Source: Octopus vulgaris (lineage: Eukaryota). Taken from it: a DNA stretch of 64,000 bases. Under the pieces are notes generated by a model, which was not told where the DNA came from, made no database searches, and worked only from the letters and a program-made list of their open reading frames with translations. The DNA lies in the NCBI GenBank assembly GCA_951406725.2, contig OX597822.1, positions 76,446,001 through 76,510,000 of the forward strand. Direction: 5' to 3'. This document shows positions 51,067-64,000 of this stretch, one piece after another. The position numbers and the translations under genes are program-made. How positions within the stretch are numbered: position 1 is the first letter of the stretch; each line of letters begins with the position of its first letter.

Positions 51067-51789
51067 TGTATGTATCTATATGTATGTATATATGTGTGTG
51101 TGTGTGTGTGTGTGTTTGGTTTGAGCTTTTGTGTGAATGCAGAAAAGCAAGAAATGTGGAGTGAATCACCAGATTTACATGAATAAATAAAAACTACAAC
51201 TTGTTTCAAAAACATTTTCTTGTTTGTGTATGTGTGCATCTGTATGTATCTGTGTGTGTTGTGTGTGTGTGAATCATGTTCACCAAAGCAAATTTCTACA
51301 TTGTACGTACAGCTCAAAGACACCTGAGACTTGTGTAACTAACTCAACTATTAAGTCCACAGTCTGGGTCATTAGAGATAATGAATTAGAATTATTTAGA
51401 CTTGGCTTGCCAAATTCTCTAAAATTACTAATTCTAAAGTATTGTTATGACACAGCTTTTGAAAAGTTGTTAGTTTGTAAGATATCTGTCTTATTGTCTG
51501 ATTCCACAGACATCCAGTTGCCAGCTTTTGTCTGCTTAGTCTTTAATTCCAAGGTCTGCACTGCAGATTTGGCTCTGCTATCATTTTCAGTTTACAGTTT
51601 TATATAAAAGTTCTCAGTTCACTCTCGTAACATGGAAATTTTGGCTTGCTGCTTTTAGCGTAGTTTTAGACTGACCAGTACTTTCCTTACCATCATCATC
51701 ATCACCATTATCACCATCATCATCACTGCATCATCATCATCATCATCATCGATTAATGTCTGCTTTTCTATGCTATCATGGGTTGAGTT

Positions 51790-52541
51790 CAGTGTTTCTC
51801 AACAATTTTTTTTTTTTTTTTTACCTATGGCATGCTTTGATTCCTGAAACTCATTATGAAAGTAGAAGCACTCCAGAGATCCATAACAAGAAAGGTAGAT
51901 AGCATGAGAGGCATTGATTATTGGGATCGACAAAAAAAACTCAATCTCTACTCTCTACAACGCCGCTGGGAGTGCTGCATCATTTGTGTTACGTGGAAAA
52001 TATTCCATTAATATTGCACAAATGATGTTGGCATCAATTTTAAAATCCATCCAAAACTTGGACCCCATGCTTTCTGCCCACTACAAAAATCAAACTTGGT
52101 AAACATAGCAACATTATGTCACAATTACTTTACCTCAACCAGTCCAGCTCTCTTTAATACCATACCAAAATACGTCAAAATGGAAATGGATCCCATAAAA
52201 TTCAAATGTTTACTGGTCAAATTTCCTGGACCAACCTCCTACACCCGGATATGTCTCCGACCATAATAACTCTTTGTCAGAGCGGGCTATGGTGCCCCAT
52301 ATATGACTTTAAAAAAAGACTTCACCAGATGATGCTATTGAGTTAGACATGGACTGGGCCTATACTGGCCAAAACCTATCATAGTTATTTATGTAATTAA
52401 ATATCATTCGGAATTGAATTAAAAATTTTGTGTATCATAGAGATAAAACCGATCTTATTGCACATAAATTTTAGCAAAAGTATATATATATATATGGACC
52501 CCCACCCCAAGGGTCATTTGGACCTATGCTGGGAACCATTG
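51790..52541. mobile_element. hAT-like MITE interrupted by a LINE fragment
   Basis: CAGTGTTTCTCAAC start and degenerate GCTGGGAACCATTG end; no TSD recognised. Confidence 0.45.
51853..52390 (+). mobile_element. CR1-group LINE 3' fragment
   Basis: KVEALQRSITRKVDSMRGIDYWDRQKKLNLYSLQRRWE...PALFNTIPK...DQPPTPGY..NNSL, with stop and frameshift. Confidence 0.85.
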
Positions 52542-52544
52542 GGC

Positions 52545-52666
52545 TGAAGGCTGGAGACTATATCAGCCAAAACGTGTTAACAACAAACAAGATGAGGACA
52601 AATATCCGTCAAATGTAAATAATGTAAATAATGTACATAATTCCTCATCTCTTCAATATAGAACTG
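52545..52666 (+). mobile_element. pLTR-like fragment with truncated hammerhead
   Basis: TGA-A-GGCTG..CAGCC-AAAAC-GT-GTT; 5' core missing, G12>A. Confidence 0.35.
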
Positions 52667-53215
52667 CTTCCTGTTCTTACATCATCATGAGACTGATTTC
52701 AATGCCTCCAGTTCAGGGTGACACATGCAGTATCCAGATAGTTGCAGCTGTTTTTGCCTGATTTTCTCACTAACTTTCAACAGGTCTCTATAAAGGAATT
52801 CAATTGTCATATATTGCCACAATTTCACATTTAAGACCACCATAATAGATGAAAAAAATTCATCAGCATCAGCTTTGTTTTAAGGTTTTCATGCAATCTG
52901 AACGCAGGCCAGTATGGACAACAGACGTTAAATAATTATGATGATGATGATGATGAGTGAATACCTTGAAGCAAATAAGATGCTGAGGATATATTTTATC
53001 AGTTATCCTTTACTTGTTTCAGTCATCAGACTGCGGCCATACTGGGGCACCACCTTGAAAGGTTTAGTTGCACAAATCAATTCCAATACTTAGCATTTAA
53101 AAAAAAATCTTGGTGCATGTTCTGTCAGTCTCTTTTTGCCAAACAGCTAAGTTACTGCAGTGGTGGTGGAGAAAAACACACACACACATATATATATACA
53201 TACATACGTACATTG

Positions 53216-53585
53216 TTTTATTCTTTTACTGGCTTCAGTCATTCTCACTGTGGCCATGCTGGGGCACCACCTTTTAGTTGAATAAATCTACCCCTGGACT
53301 TATTCTTTGTAAGCCTAGTATTACTCTATCAGTCTCTTTTGCTGAACCACAAAATTATGATGATGTAAACACACCAAGTGATGGTGGAGGGACAAACACA
53401 CAAAAACACACAAATACATACAAATATACAATGGGCTTCTTTCAGTTTCCATCTATCAAATTCACTCACAAGTCTTTGGTCAGCCCTAGGCTATAGTAGA
53501 AGACACTTGCCCAAGGTGGCACGCAGAAGGACTGAACCCAGAACCATGTGGTTGGGAAGCAAGTTTTTTACCACACAGCCATGCC
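53216..53585 (-). mobile_element. SINE family A, full length (partial copies at 53005-53185 and 53587-53730)
   Basis: Reverse complement head and tail. Confidence 0.8.
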
Positions 53586-53764
53586 TAGTTTCTGTCTACC
53601 AAATCCTTTCAGAAGGCTTTAGATTGGTCCATAGCCTTAATGGAAGACACTTGCCCAAGGTACCACATAGTGGGACTGAACCCAGGCAATATGCATTTGA
53701 GAAGCAAGCTTTTTACTACACAGTCATGCCTGAATACATACTTATATGTATACACACATACACA

Positions 53765-54440
53765 GCCACTCATAATATAAAAGAGTACAGGTGGAATGTC
53801 CCAGTGAAGACCTCAGTAAAATGTATGCACAACAGACCTGATTTTAAAATTTGAGATAGAGTAGAGAAACTGTGTACAGTTGTAGAAATTAGCTGTCCAG
53901 CAGATGTTAACATAAAGCTGAAGATCAGTGAAAAAGAGAACACCTATGTTAAACTATTGAGAAATTTGAAGTTACTCTATCCAGATCACAACTTTCGGTT
54001 TATACCTGTAATTATTGGGGACCTGGGATATGTAACATACTAAATAACAATCTTGAGAAATCAGGCTTCTCAAAACCATAAAGGAGAAAGCTAATTCGAA
54101 GACTACAGATAAAATCCATCACTGGAACTGTAAAATTTTGTGAAACTTTCCAGTTTATCATTTAAATATATATGAGTGTGTCAAGATATGCAACTATATG
54201 CATGAGAATACATACATAAAACATACAAATCTGCATATACATACACACACACACATACATACACACACACATACATACATACACACACACATATATACAT
54301 ACATACATATATACATACACACATACAAAAATTCCCTGTTGCTGATGTTGAAATTCCAATGAAGGAGTCTTGGATCTAGGTTAGAAACCGGCTCTTTCTC
54401 TGTTGGCAAGAAATCTTGAAATAAAACTGAACAATGACAT
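53765..54440 (+). mobile_element. R4/Dong-like non-LTR retrotransposon 3' end (restriction-like endonuclease domain)
   Basis: WNVPVKTSVKCMHNRPDFKI*DRVEKLCTVVEISCPADVNIKLKISEKENTY..LYP..FIPVIIGDLG: RPD..E..K..Y motif of RLE; followed by 3' UTR. Confidence 0.85.
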
Positions 54441-54475
54441 ACATGCATACCTACATCTATTATACATACATACGT

Positions 54476-54535
<60 letters not shown>

Positions 54536-55394
54536 GCAACACCATCATCAAACATCAATGAGCTTTGTCATCACTCTACCAATTACCATTAACAAATTAA
54601 CATCTACCCTCCCATGCTACCATGGGCCACTTAGATGGGGCTTCCAACATCCCTATCACCATTCATCACAATCCTTCATCAATAACGGCAAATATTAAGT
54701 GATCTAACATTTGCTATTTCATCTTCGTGTCTTCTTTAAGTATCTTTCCCTGATAGTTTGTTTGCAATTATATCTTTCATATTTTGTTTTGTTTGGTCTT
54801 TTTTTGTCTTTTTAACTTTGCACTAATCTGCTATTTGCATAACATGTCCGTGTGATTATGGTTATTTCTCTTGCATACACCAACCAATGCCATTAATGAT
54901 CAGCCACACTCTTCATTAACTTCGGCTTTGCATTGCATTCAGGTTAACATGACACATGCAATGGAAGATTGTTCTCACCCCATTTCATTTTACCATATAT
55001 ACATAAATATATATATATAATACATATAAGTATAAACATATATTATGTATATATACATGTATATATTTATATCTTATATCATAAACATGTGTGTGTGTAT
55101 ATATATATATAATATATACACACACACAGATATACATATATATGTATATATATATATATATATATCATCTTATACACACACACATATATATATATAGATA
55201 GATAATTAGATAGATAGATTGATAGATATGCACATATGTATATATATATGTGTGTGTGTGTGTGTGTGCATATAAACATATATACGTACATACACATATA
55301 CATACTTACATACATATATATATACATACATGCATGCACATACATATATATATAATTCCAAAGCATGTATATTCAGGAAGAATATTACCTTATG

Positions 55395-55445
<51 letters not shown>

Positions 55446-55614
55446 AACACACATATATAATATACATGTACACACACACGCACACACACAAACACATGCG
55501 CACACACTTATACATGTATATATGTTCATATGACACATGAAAACATGTAGTCATATTCATATCCCGCTTTCTCTCTTTCTATATATACACACACGCACAC
55601 ATACATGCATATAG

Positions 55615-55741
55615 ACGAAGCTTGCTTTGTAACCATGTGGTTACAGGTTCAATCCTACTGTGCAGTTCTTCTGCTGTAGTTCCTGTCTAGACGGTGCCTT
55701 GTGAGTGAATTTGGTAGATGGAAACTGTGTGTCAGTCCTTC

Positions 55742-55778
<37 letters not shown>

Positions 55779-55965
55779 TCTTTCCACCACATGACAGCCG
55801 GTGTTGGTTTATTTGCATCAACATAACTCATTGGCTCAGCAAACAAGAAATACAGAATATGTATCAGATTTTTAAAACACAATTAGCACCGAGATTAATT
55901 TGGGCAACTAAGTCCTCCAAAACTGTGCCCCAGCATGGCCACAGTCCAGTGATCCAAACAAACAA
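55615..55965 (+). mobile_element. SINE family A (diverged)
   Basis: Partial head, (TG)n, GCCCCAGCATGGCCACAGTC tail. Confidence 0.65.
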
Positions 55966-56523
55966 AAGCCTAGTTTTAGAACTGCATGCAGTGCCATTCA
56001 AAGGACATGTAGAAAATGATCTAAGAGAATGCGTATTTCAAAATCAATGATTGTTGAAAAATGCTCAGCAATTACTCTAAGATACACAGGTTGCAGTGAC
56101 ATATCTGCTTACAGTTGGATGGTTTTGGAACTTTAGAATATGACGATGTAATTTGGAGAGCTAATTTGTCCAGTGAATAGAAATTAGAAAACAGGCTGCC
56201 AGGTTAAAAAAAATAAATAAATGATTTTGTTGAGTTTTTTTACAGTGGGTACCAATACACCAGGATATCTGATAGTCTGGCATTATCATGATCTTGTAGG
56301 TGCTGAATTAATGGTCCTATCCCCCACCCCTTCTGTGTGTGTATATATATATATATATATATACTGGTTGCTTTGCAATTTGAAAAGCTGTGGGAGAGAA
56401 AATAATTGAAAAGCAGGTACATGTTGGAGACTGGAAGAGCATCTAGCTGTAAAGTCTATATATATATGTATAAATAAGCTTGTGTGTGGAAGTGTATATG
56501 ATATATATATGCATATAGATGTC

Positions 56524-56574
<51 letters not shown>

Positions 56575-56670
56575 ACATACATACACACACATACATATGT
56601 ATGTACGTATATATGTATGTATTTATATATGTGTGTGTGTATATGTATATAGATGTGTGTGTAGGTTTAT

Positions 56671-56699
<29 letters not shown>

Positions 56700-56702
<3 letters not shown>

Positions 56703-57080
56703 CCTCTCCATTTTTCTTTTGTCTTCTTTCTTTGCTATTCTCATTCCAGTTCTCTTTATCTCTCTCTTTCCATCCCTCTGTCTTTCTCTCTTACTCTCTT
56801 TCTCTATTCGTCCTTCCTTCTCCCTATACATCATTCTCTCTTTCCTTCACTTTGTATATTTCTCACTCTCTCTCTCTCTCTCTCTCACCTCCTTTATCTC
56901 TTTCTGTGTTTACCCCATTTTCTTTCATCTTTCTCATCCACAATCTATTTCTTTCCATTAATGCCTCTCTCTCTCTCCTCCTTTTCTTGTCTTCTCTTCA
57001 TTTCCCACTTTTTCCTTATTCCTCCATCTTTTCTCTCTCTTTATACCTCTCTCTCCCCCTCTCTCTCTTTCTCTCTCTAA
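56700..57080. repeat. (CT)-rich polypyrimidine tract
   Basis: Low complexity. Confidence 0.8.
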
Positions 57081-57733
57081 TTATCCATTCCATCCATATT
57101 CCCTTGATTCTAGAATTGGTTAACGAGCTCAAGAACTGATATCAATGAATATATTTGAATATATTCAAAGCTATATTTCCAGAACCAATTCCCTAATCAC
57201 AGATCTCTGCTAAATCCCAAATACTTGCCGCCACAGTCCACTTTTTAGTCAAATTTATATCTTAATTCTCACAAACCTTTCAAACTCAGCAACATTTCTT
57301 GGAACAAAGAAATAAACCAAAAAGAATAAATTCAAAATCCCAATTCTACATTGAATCAAAAAGATCTGCAATATTTTAGTAATATTTTGGCATTATTCTT
57401 CAATTTACAACAAAACCAGCCTAGCCTTCCAAGTAGAGGCCATCGTATTGCACCATCTGGAACCCCCTTTCTGCTAGGTCTTTGATCCTACTCTGATACC
57501 AGTTCTGGTCCCTTGAGGTGAAGAAGTCCTTCACTTTGCTTCATCAATCAAGAGGAGATGGAAGCCTTTTGTCCTTTCAGGGTCGATGTAATTGACTGGC
57601 CTTGTTCCCCTCAAAAATTGCAGGCCTTGTGCAATTACTAGAAAGGATTTTTGTTGTTGTTGTTGTTGTTGTTTGTGTGATGAGTACTCTACGCTGCTCT
57701 ACAGCAAAACCCCCTATCTCTGTCCCTCTATAC

Positions 57734-58387
57734 CAGTGTTTCTCAACCTTTTACCCTTGCATAACCCTTAAAATAAATTAAATGTCTCAAGGAACCCCCT
57801 GCACAAAAATGAATTATATGCTACATTTTTCTCATATTTATTTCATCATAGTTCACGTGGTAAATATCATATACACACACACACACACACACACACAACA
57901 CATTTATAGCTCCTGTGCTGGTGGCCTATAAAAAGCACCATTCGAGCGTGGTTGTTGCCAGTGTCATCTGACTGGTTCCCATGCCAGCAGCATGTAAAAA
58001 GCACCTACTACACTCTCAGAGTAGTTGGTGTTAGGAAGGGCACCCAGCTGTAGAAACCTTGCCAGATCAGATTGGAGCTGGGTACAGCCTCCTGACTTGC
58101 CAGTCCTCAGTCAAACCATCCAACTCATGCCAGCATGGAAGGTGGATGTTAAATAACGACGATGATGGTGACAATGATGATGGTTGTTAAATTGTTTTGA
58201 TAACCTAATAGGTTAGATAGGATGTTGTCTATATTAGAATATTACAATAACCAACAATATGTCGTACATGTATAGTAATATTATGATCTTGAAATTAGAA
58301 TTTGCTTATCTCACTCTTTCTCGCAGAACCCCTAGGTACCTTTTACGGAACCCTAGTGTTTTGGGGAACCCCAATTGAGAAACGCTG
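57734..58387. mobile_element. hAT (Charlie-like) MITE with perfect 8-bp TSD
   Basis: TIR CAGTGTTTCTCAA / TTGAGAAACGCTG; TSD CTCTATAC at 57726-57733 and 58388-58395; nested RTE 3' end at 57908-58180. Confidence 0.9.
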
Positions 58388-58449
58388 CTCTATACCATTA
58401 ATCTCTTAACTGGCACCAAACTACATCCCCTCAATACTAATCCCCACCA

Positions 58450-58633
58450 TGTAAAGCACACTGGTGTTGGTACCATGTAAAATGCACACTGTGTACCCTG
58501 TAGATTGGTTGGTGTTAGGAAGGGAATCCAGCTGTAGAAACCATACCCAAAACGGACAATGGAATCTGGGGATCAAACTGTCCAACCCATGACAGCATGG
58601 AAAACAGATTTTAAATGATGATGATGATGATGA
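58450..58633 (+). mobile_element. RTE 3' end
   Basis: Conserved core and (GAT)n. Confidence 0.65.
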
Positions 58634-58639
58634 TTAATA

Positions 58640-58860
58640 GAATCATTCAAGTGTTGGATAGAATGTCATGCAGTATTTGTTCTGATTCTTCCTGATATTC
58701 TGAGTTCAAATCCTGCTAAAGTCAAATTTTGCCTTCCACTCTTTCAGAATCGATAGATTAAAATATCAATCAAGAACTGGGCTCAATATAATCTAACTAA
58801 TCCATTCCCCTTAAAATTGCTACATTTGTGTCTAAATTAAAAACAATTGTTATTATTTAC
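58640..58860 (+). mobile_element. SINE family C (diverged)
   Basis: GAGTTCAAATCC, GCCTTCCACTCTTTCAGAATCGATA. Confidence 0.55.
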
Positions 58861-59710
58861 CATAATAATTGCCAATAATCTCTTCGTCACTTCAATACCA
58901 TAAAAATGCACCACTTGAATTTAATCTGGAGTTAACCTACATAAGCTTGTGTCTTAACCACATTCCTGATACTAATTCGCCTCTCCCTGTCTCCCTTTAA
59001 ATTTCATTTGATTCTCTCTATGATCCCTTTTCTTGTCTTTTCTATTATTTTTTTTTTTTTAATAGATCCCTTTTCTCATTGTTTAATTGCTGCAATAATC
59101 TCTATAAGTCTTTTCATTCTACCCTATACCCTAACCCTGTCCCCTTTGAAAAATGTTTGCACTCTTATTTATTTGTACTTCATTTCCTTTTATTAATTTA
59201 TTTATAGCCAAATATTAATAACATCTATTTCTAATCTCAGCTTTAGGGATACAACTGCCTTTAATACTAATCCCCTAATACTACTTGACTTGTGGCTAAT
59301 CCTGTAAAAAATGTACCGAAAATTATTTCAGATTGAAATCAATTTCTGGTGAATTTGCTTTGTAATTTTCAGTTTTAATTATTTTATGGAGTATTATACA
59401 TACATTTATCTATTGTTTGTTTGTCTTTTCCTCGTATGTATTGACCCTTATAAATATGGAAGCATAGAACTGAAAATTGATTCTCAAAATTAGAGGAAAA
59501 AGAGAATGGGGTTAAAAGAAATACACATACATAAGGGTGTGTGTGTGTATGTATGTGCATCTAGCTATCTATATATGCATATATATGTATATATATGTAT
59601 ATATATGTATATATATGTATATATATATATATATATATATCCAACCCATGCTAGCATGGAGAACGGACGTTAAACGATGATGATGATGATGATATATATA
59701 TATATATATA

Positions 59711-59815
59711 TATTGGGTCATCCCATAAATAATGTGGTTTTTTTATACTTTTTTATTTTTCAAAATTATGATAAACAAAGAACACTTTTTGTCTTCAAAC
59801 TAAAGTTGGTAGTTT
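59711..59815. mobile_element. Mariner-like terminal fragment
   Basis: TA-TTGGGTCATCCCATAAATAATG end in a TA tract. Confidence 0.4.
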
Positions 59816-59874
59816 TTATATATACGTGTGTGTGTGTGTGTATAATGATGATGATGATGATACACATATATACG

Positions 59875-59916
<42 letters not shown>

Positions 59917-59942
59917 TATATATATATACACACACATGGAGA

Positions 59943-60100
59943 TTACACTCTTGAAGTGGTTGGTGTTAGGAAGGGTATTCATCCGTAGAGACCGTGCCAA
60001 ATCAGACTGGTGTTTGGGGCTGCCTCTCAGCTTACCAACCCTGGTCAAACTATCCAATCCATGTAAGCATGAACAACAGACATTAAGTGGTGATGATGAT
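59943..60100 (+). mobile_element. RTE 3' end
   Basis: Conserved core and GAT tail. Confidence 0.65.
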
Positions 60101-60443
60101 GAGAATGAAGATGATATATATATATATATATATTGTCAGTGGATTATATATCCAATAAAGAAGCATACTCTAAAGAGCAGAGCAGTAATGTATTCATATG
60201 CACTTAAATCTATGTCTGGTCATAGAGTGACCAATGGTTTCACATCCGTAAAACACTTAGCTAAGCACTTTATGGATGTAAAACCATTGGTCACTGACAC
60301 CCTTCTGTCAGTTCCTGTCTACTAAATCCATCCACTCGCAAGTCTTTGGACACGGTGGGGCTATAGTATAAGACTGACCCAAGGTGCCATGCAGTGGTTG
60401 AGAAGCACACATTCACATACACACACACAAACACATACACAAA

Positions 60444-60475
<32 letters not shown>

Positions 60476-61411
60476 TTTGTTCATTTGCTTTAGATCCATT
60501 TAGACAAATATATTTATTGAGGTTTTGTTTTACAACCAGATGCTCTTCCTGTCATTAATTCTTACTTCTTTTTATTTGGTAAAAAATGTCAACTGGGGCA
60601 GTGTGCTTCAGTATGCAGTTTTGGCTGAGGCTGCACTTTATGTATTGTACCATGTTTTTCATGCCGGAGGAATTGAAGAACTTTCGCAGTTGACACAAAC
60701 TCTGGCTAAATTACTGCTCCTTAGTTCCTCTACTTGTTTTAGCTTTCTGTTTTATTCCATTGCTTCGTTGAAGGAAGAAGAGCAATGCTCTGACCTTTGC
60801 AGTGATTCTGTGATGGTGCAAAGGAGAGAAAGAATTAAAGAACTACGGCTCTCATAGATTCTGCCAGAGAAAACAACATATCACTACATCAAGCTATTTG
60901 TCTGCAGACTGAAAAACTTTTTCAAAATATTTCCAACAGACTGGCTGCTGTTTCTATCAGATCATCCAGCTATATCGATGTTCCATGTTAAGTCAGTGGG
61001 CAAATGAGGTGTTTGAGAAATTATCAATGACAGCAATGTCGGAGAAACACATTTACAACCCTCACACGATATCAAAACAAGGGCATATATACACATAGAC
61101 ACACCTACACATGCACATCCACACATAAACACACATACATACGCATATGCATATTAGATTATAAAATATCTTTCTTTAATATCACATTTTCTGAATAATA
61201 GTAGTGTTGTTAGCTCCATGTTTACAACTGGCCAATCAATGGTTCACTGCTCTTCTGATGATGAAGATGACATGGGATTGTCTGTGCAACTTAGTGCAGT
61301 ATATATATATATTCCAGGCAGGGTATTTTTATTTGAAAGTACAGCTCTGCTTCTCTTCCTTTATTTTCTCCTTGCTGTTGTTTACGTGTTTTACTGATAT
61401 ATATCTCTAGA

Positions 61412-61448
<37 letters not shown>

Positions 61449-61859
61449 GACACATATGACAAGTATGAAGCACACAAGAAAAGCTGGGGAAAATATTAAA
61501 ATGAATAAACAAGAGATAAATAACTAAATAATATATAGAAAGTTAGACAAGTAAAAAGAAAAAGGCAGAAAAAGAAAACACAGAAAAATCTATATAATGG
61601 TACTATATCTTTCAGGGAATGTGTACAATGAGAATAAATATGCCAAATGAAAAGAAATAGAAGAGGATCTAAGATTTAAGTTATATTCTTTATCTATGGC
61701 AAATAAAGGAATGAAGAGAAAGATGAGTAAAAGAAATTCAAAGGATATCAAATTTTACACAAGCACACTTGCACACAGATATCTTTATATATGTATATAT
61801 ATATATACACATGTGGTTTCTAATATATATGATATATATTATGTGTGTAATAAATGTAT

Positions 61860-62075
61860 ATTGTTTACATCGTAAGACTTCTGAAATTTCTAGAGATATG
61901 AAATAAATTGTGAAACTTGAAATAGATAAAGTTATTGTAATGGCTTGGATGGAAAAAGTTGAAGGCTACCCCTCTCATGTAGACTTCTACTTTTTCCAGT
62001 CGAAGAATTTTTTAAAATTCTATATTCTACATTGATATGATTTATAGCTTCATCTACTTTGAGTTCCACCAATAA
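61860..62075. mobile_element. Fold-back element between TA-rich tracts
   Basis: Inner 20-bp hairpin 61950-61969 / 61979-61998 (18/20) and outer inverted repeat ~61910-61935 / ~62044-62069. Confidence 0.5.
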
Positions 62076-62125
62076 AAACAATATATGTGTGTGTGTGTAT
62101 ATGTGTATGCATAAATATATGTGTG

Positions 62126-62175
<50 letters not shown>

Positions 62176-62209
62176 CATGCATATATATATGTATATATAT
62201 ACACAGACA

Positions 62210-62245
<36 letters not shown>

Positions 62246-62246
<1 letters not shown>

Positions 62247-62461
62247 GAGGGGTACTGAAAAGTTCCTGGCTTTAAGGGTTTTGTAAAAGGCCTGGCTGGA
62301 GGCTCAACCTTCTGAGTTCTTTCACAGGGCTTAGAAAAACTGAAGGATTGTTGCAATAAGCATGTGAATCTGAGAGGGGAATATGTTGAATAAAATTATA
62401 ATTAACTGATCCTCCTGTATTTTCTTTTATCCAGAACCAGGAACTTTTCAATATTCCCTCA
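62246..62461 (+). mobile_element. Mariner MITE
   Basis: TA TSD; TIR CGAGGGGTACTGAAAAGTTCCTGG / CCAGGAACTTTTCAATATTCCCTCA; transposase C-terminus GLEKLKDCCNKHVNLRGEYVE*. Confidence 0.85.
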
Positions 62462-62484
62462 TATACTGTATACATATGTATACA

Positions 62485-62725
62485 TTCTTCTATTCTTTTA
62501 TTTGTTTCAGTCATTTGACTGCGGCCATGCTGGAGCACCACCTTTAGTCGAGCAAATCGGCCACAGGACTTATTCTATCAGTCCCTTTTGCTGAACTGCT
62601 AAGTTATGGGGATGTAAATGCACCAGCATCGGTTGTCAAGTGATGTTAGGGGTACAAACACTGACACACACACACGCATATATATGTATCTATACACACA
62701 CATATATACACATATAAAGCCTGTC

Positions 62726-62775
<50 letters not shown>

Positions 62776-62895
62776 TTGTGTGTCTGTGTTTGTCCCCCTT
62801 AAAGAATATATCCTCGGGTCGGTTTGCTTGACTAAAGGTGGTGCTCCAGTATGGCTGCAGTCAAATGACTGAAACAAGTAAAAGAATAAAAAGAA
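62485..62895. mobile_element. Two SINE A tails in opposite orientation
   Basis: - copy 62485-62660, + copy 62718-62895. Confidence 0.7.
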
Positions 62896-62913
62896 ATATA
62901 TAAATATATATAT

Positions 62914-63753
62914 AAATTAAGAAATGGAGTCAAACACAAGTGTTATTCAAATCATTTATTTCCAACATATGTTTCAAAGAAAGCATTGAGATTATTCTGG
63001 AGGGAATAAAAATGATGTAAAACAACACAATCATCTTCTCGGGGAAAGAAAGAGAAGCAAAGCACATCAATAAGCCATTTTAATCGAATGTGATTTTTGG
63101 CTGTATGATGAAGGGGAATTCTAGCAAGTTATTTAACGTCAAAGGTAATTTAGAGAAAGAAAGAAATTAAAAGAAAATTAAGAGTGGAAAACATAGTGTG
63201 ATAGATGAATTGGAATAAAGTTTAAAAGCATGGAAATAGATATATGTATATATATGTAAATGAAATGTAAGGAGACAGTTAAAGGTCAAATTATATAGAT
63301 TGGTAGAAATTACTTATAGAAACTAAAGGTGTGTTTTTGCCAATGCTTACAATGATAAACACTTTTAAACGTGTTATAAAATAAGTTGCCAGAGTTCCCC
63401 TTCATCATATAGGTGGTAATCACATTTGGTTAAAATGGCTTATTGATGTGTTTTGTTTCTCCTTTTAACTGACGAGATGATTGCATTGTTTTATATCATT
63501 TTCATTCCCTTCAGAATAATCTCAATGCTTTCTTCGAAACATATGTTGGAAGTATAAATGATTTTAATAACACCTGCATTTGACTCCATTTTTTAATTTA
63601 TCCAGGTTATACAAAAACATTTCGCTTAACCCCTGGAATTTCTACCTTTATAAGTACGCTATAATATTCTTGGCACTTCTGTGTATTTTTTTCTACCCTG
63701 GTAACTATTTATTTATTTTTTCCATGTTATTTTTACACATTGAAAAAATACAC
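62914..63753. mobile_element. Head-to-head pLTR-like element with two hammerhead copies
   Basis: ~220-bp inverted arms 62914-63133 / 63379-63599; cores CTGACGA..GAAAC-ATAT-GTT (63469-63547, +) and CCGAGAA..GAAAC-ATAT-GTT (62959-63047, -); same family as 34857-35221. Confidence 0.75.
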
Positions 63754-64000
63754 ATACATTTATATATGTGTGTGTACATACATACACACCCATAATATTT
63801 ATGCTATCTTCTCTTATAACATGCAGGTAGCTTAATCCAACTATCAAGAATATTGTTCAGGGAAATGCATTTCTGAGGAGAGCTCTTGGTAGCTGAAGCA
63901 ATCTACACGTTATAAGATAGAATTATGTATTCTGTTCTGTTTTTAACATTTGGTAGTTCTTTTTAAATTGTCAGTATCTTAGCCAAACAATTAGTTTATC

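Noticed and set aside
53012-53035. Minus-strand CTGATGA-CT-GAAAC
   Set aside because: Chance variant of the SINE A tail hairpin; no stem II
60525-60857. 110-aa non-repetitive ORF
   Set aside because: No recognisable domain, non-ATG start, no clear splice sites
63868-63915. CTGAGGA-GAGCT..AGCT-GAAGC
   Set aside because: Core mismatch and no stem I partner; at best a very decayed motif

Overview
AT-rich, repeat-saturated, non-coding animal DNA. The repeat repertoire strongly resembles an octopod cephalopod (Octopus-like); this is an inference from recalled repeat families. No credible host protein-coding exon was found: nearly all listed ORFs are (TA)n/(CA)n/trinucleotide artefacts. The window contains dozens of tRNA-derived SINE copies (four head/tail types, one CORE-like), many 3' ends of an RTE-clade LINE with (GAT)n tails, two CR1-group LINE 3' fragments, an R4/Dong-like RLE fragment, mariner/Tc1, hAT and piggyBac-like MITEs, and two Helitron-like elements. 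The most notable signal is a set of roughly ten short elements from several sequence families, nearly all sitting in (TA)n tracts. Many carry type I hammerhead ribozyme folds (clearest at 35086-35171, 24735-24849, 22233-22290 and 298-358), and many are head-to-head fold-backs, consistent with Penelope-like pLTR or retrozyme-type elements. One copy is 1.14 units of a 557-bp monomer with a U3-A8 covariant core. Other candidates are a recursive splice site at 17653/17654 and a SINE-LINE pair sharing a covarying 3' stem-loop. Repeat coordinates were read by eye and are approximate to a few bases; no alignment or folding software was run.
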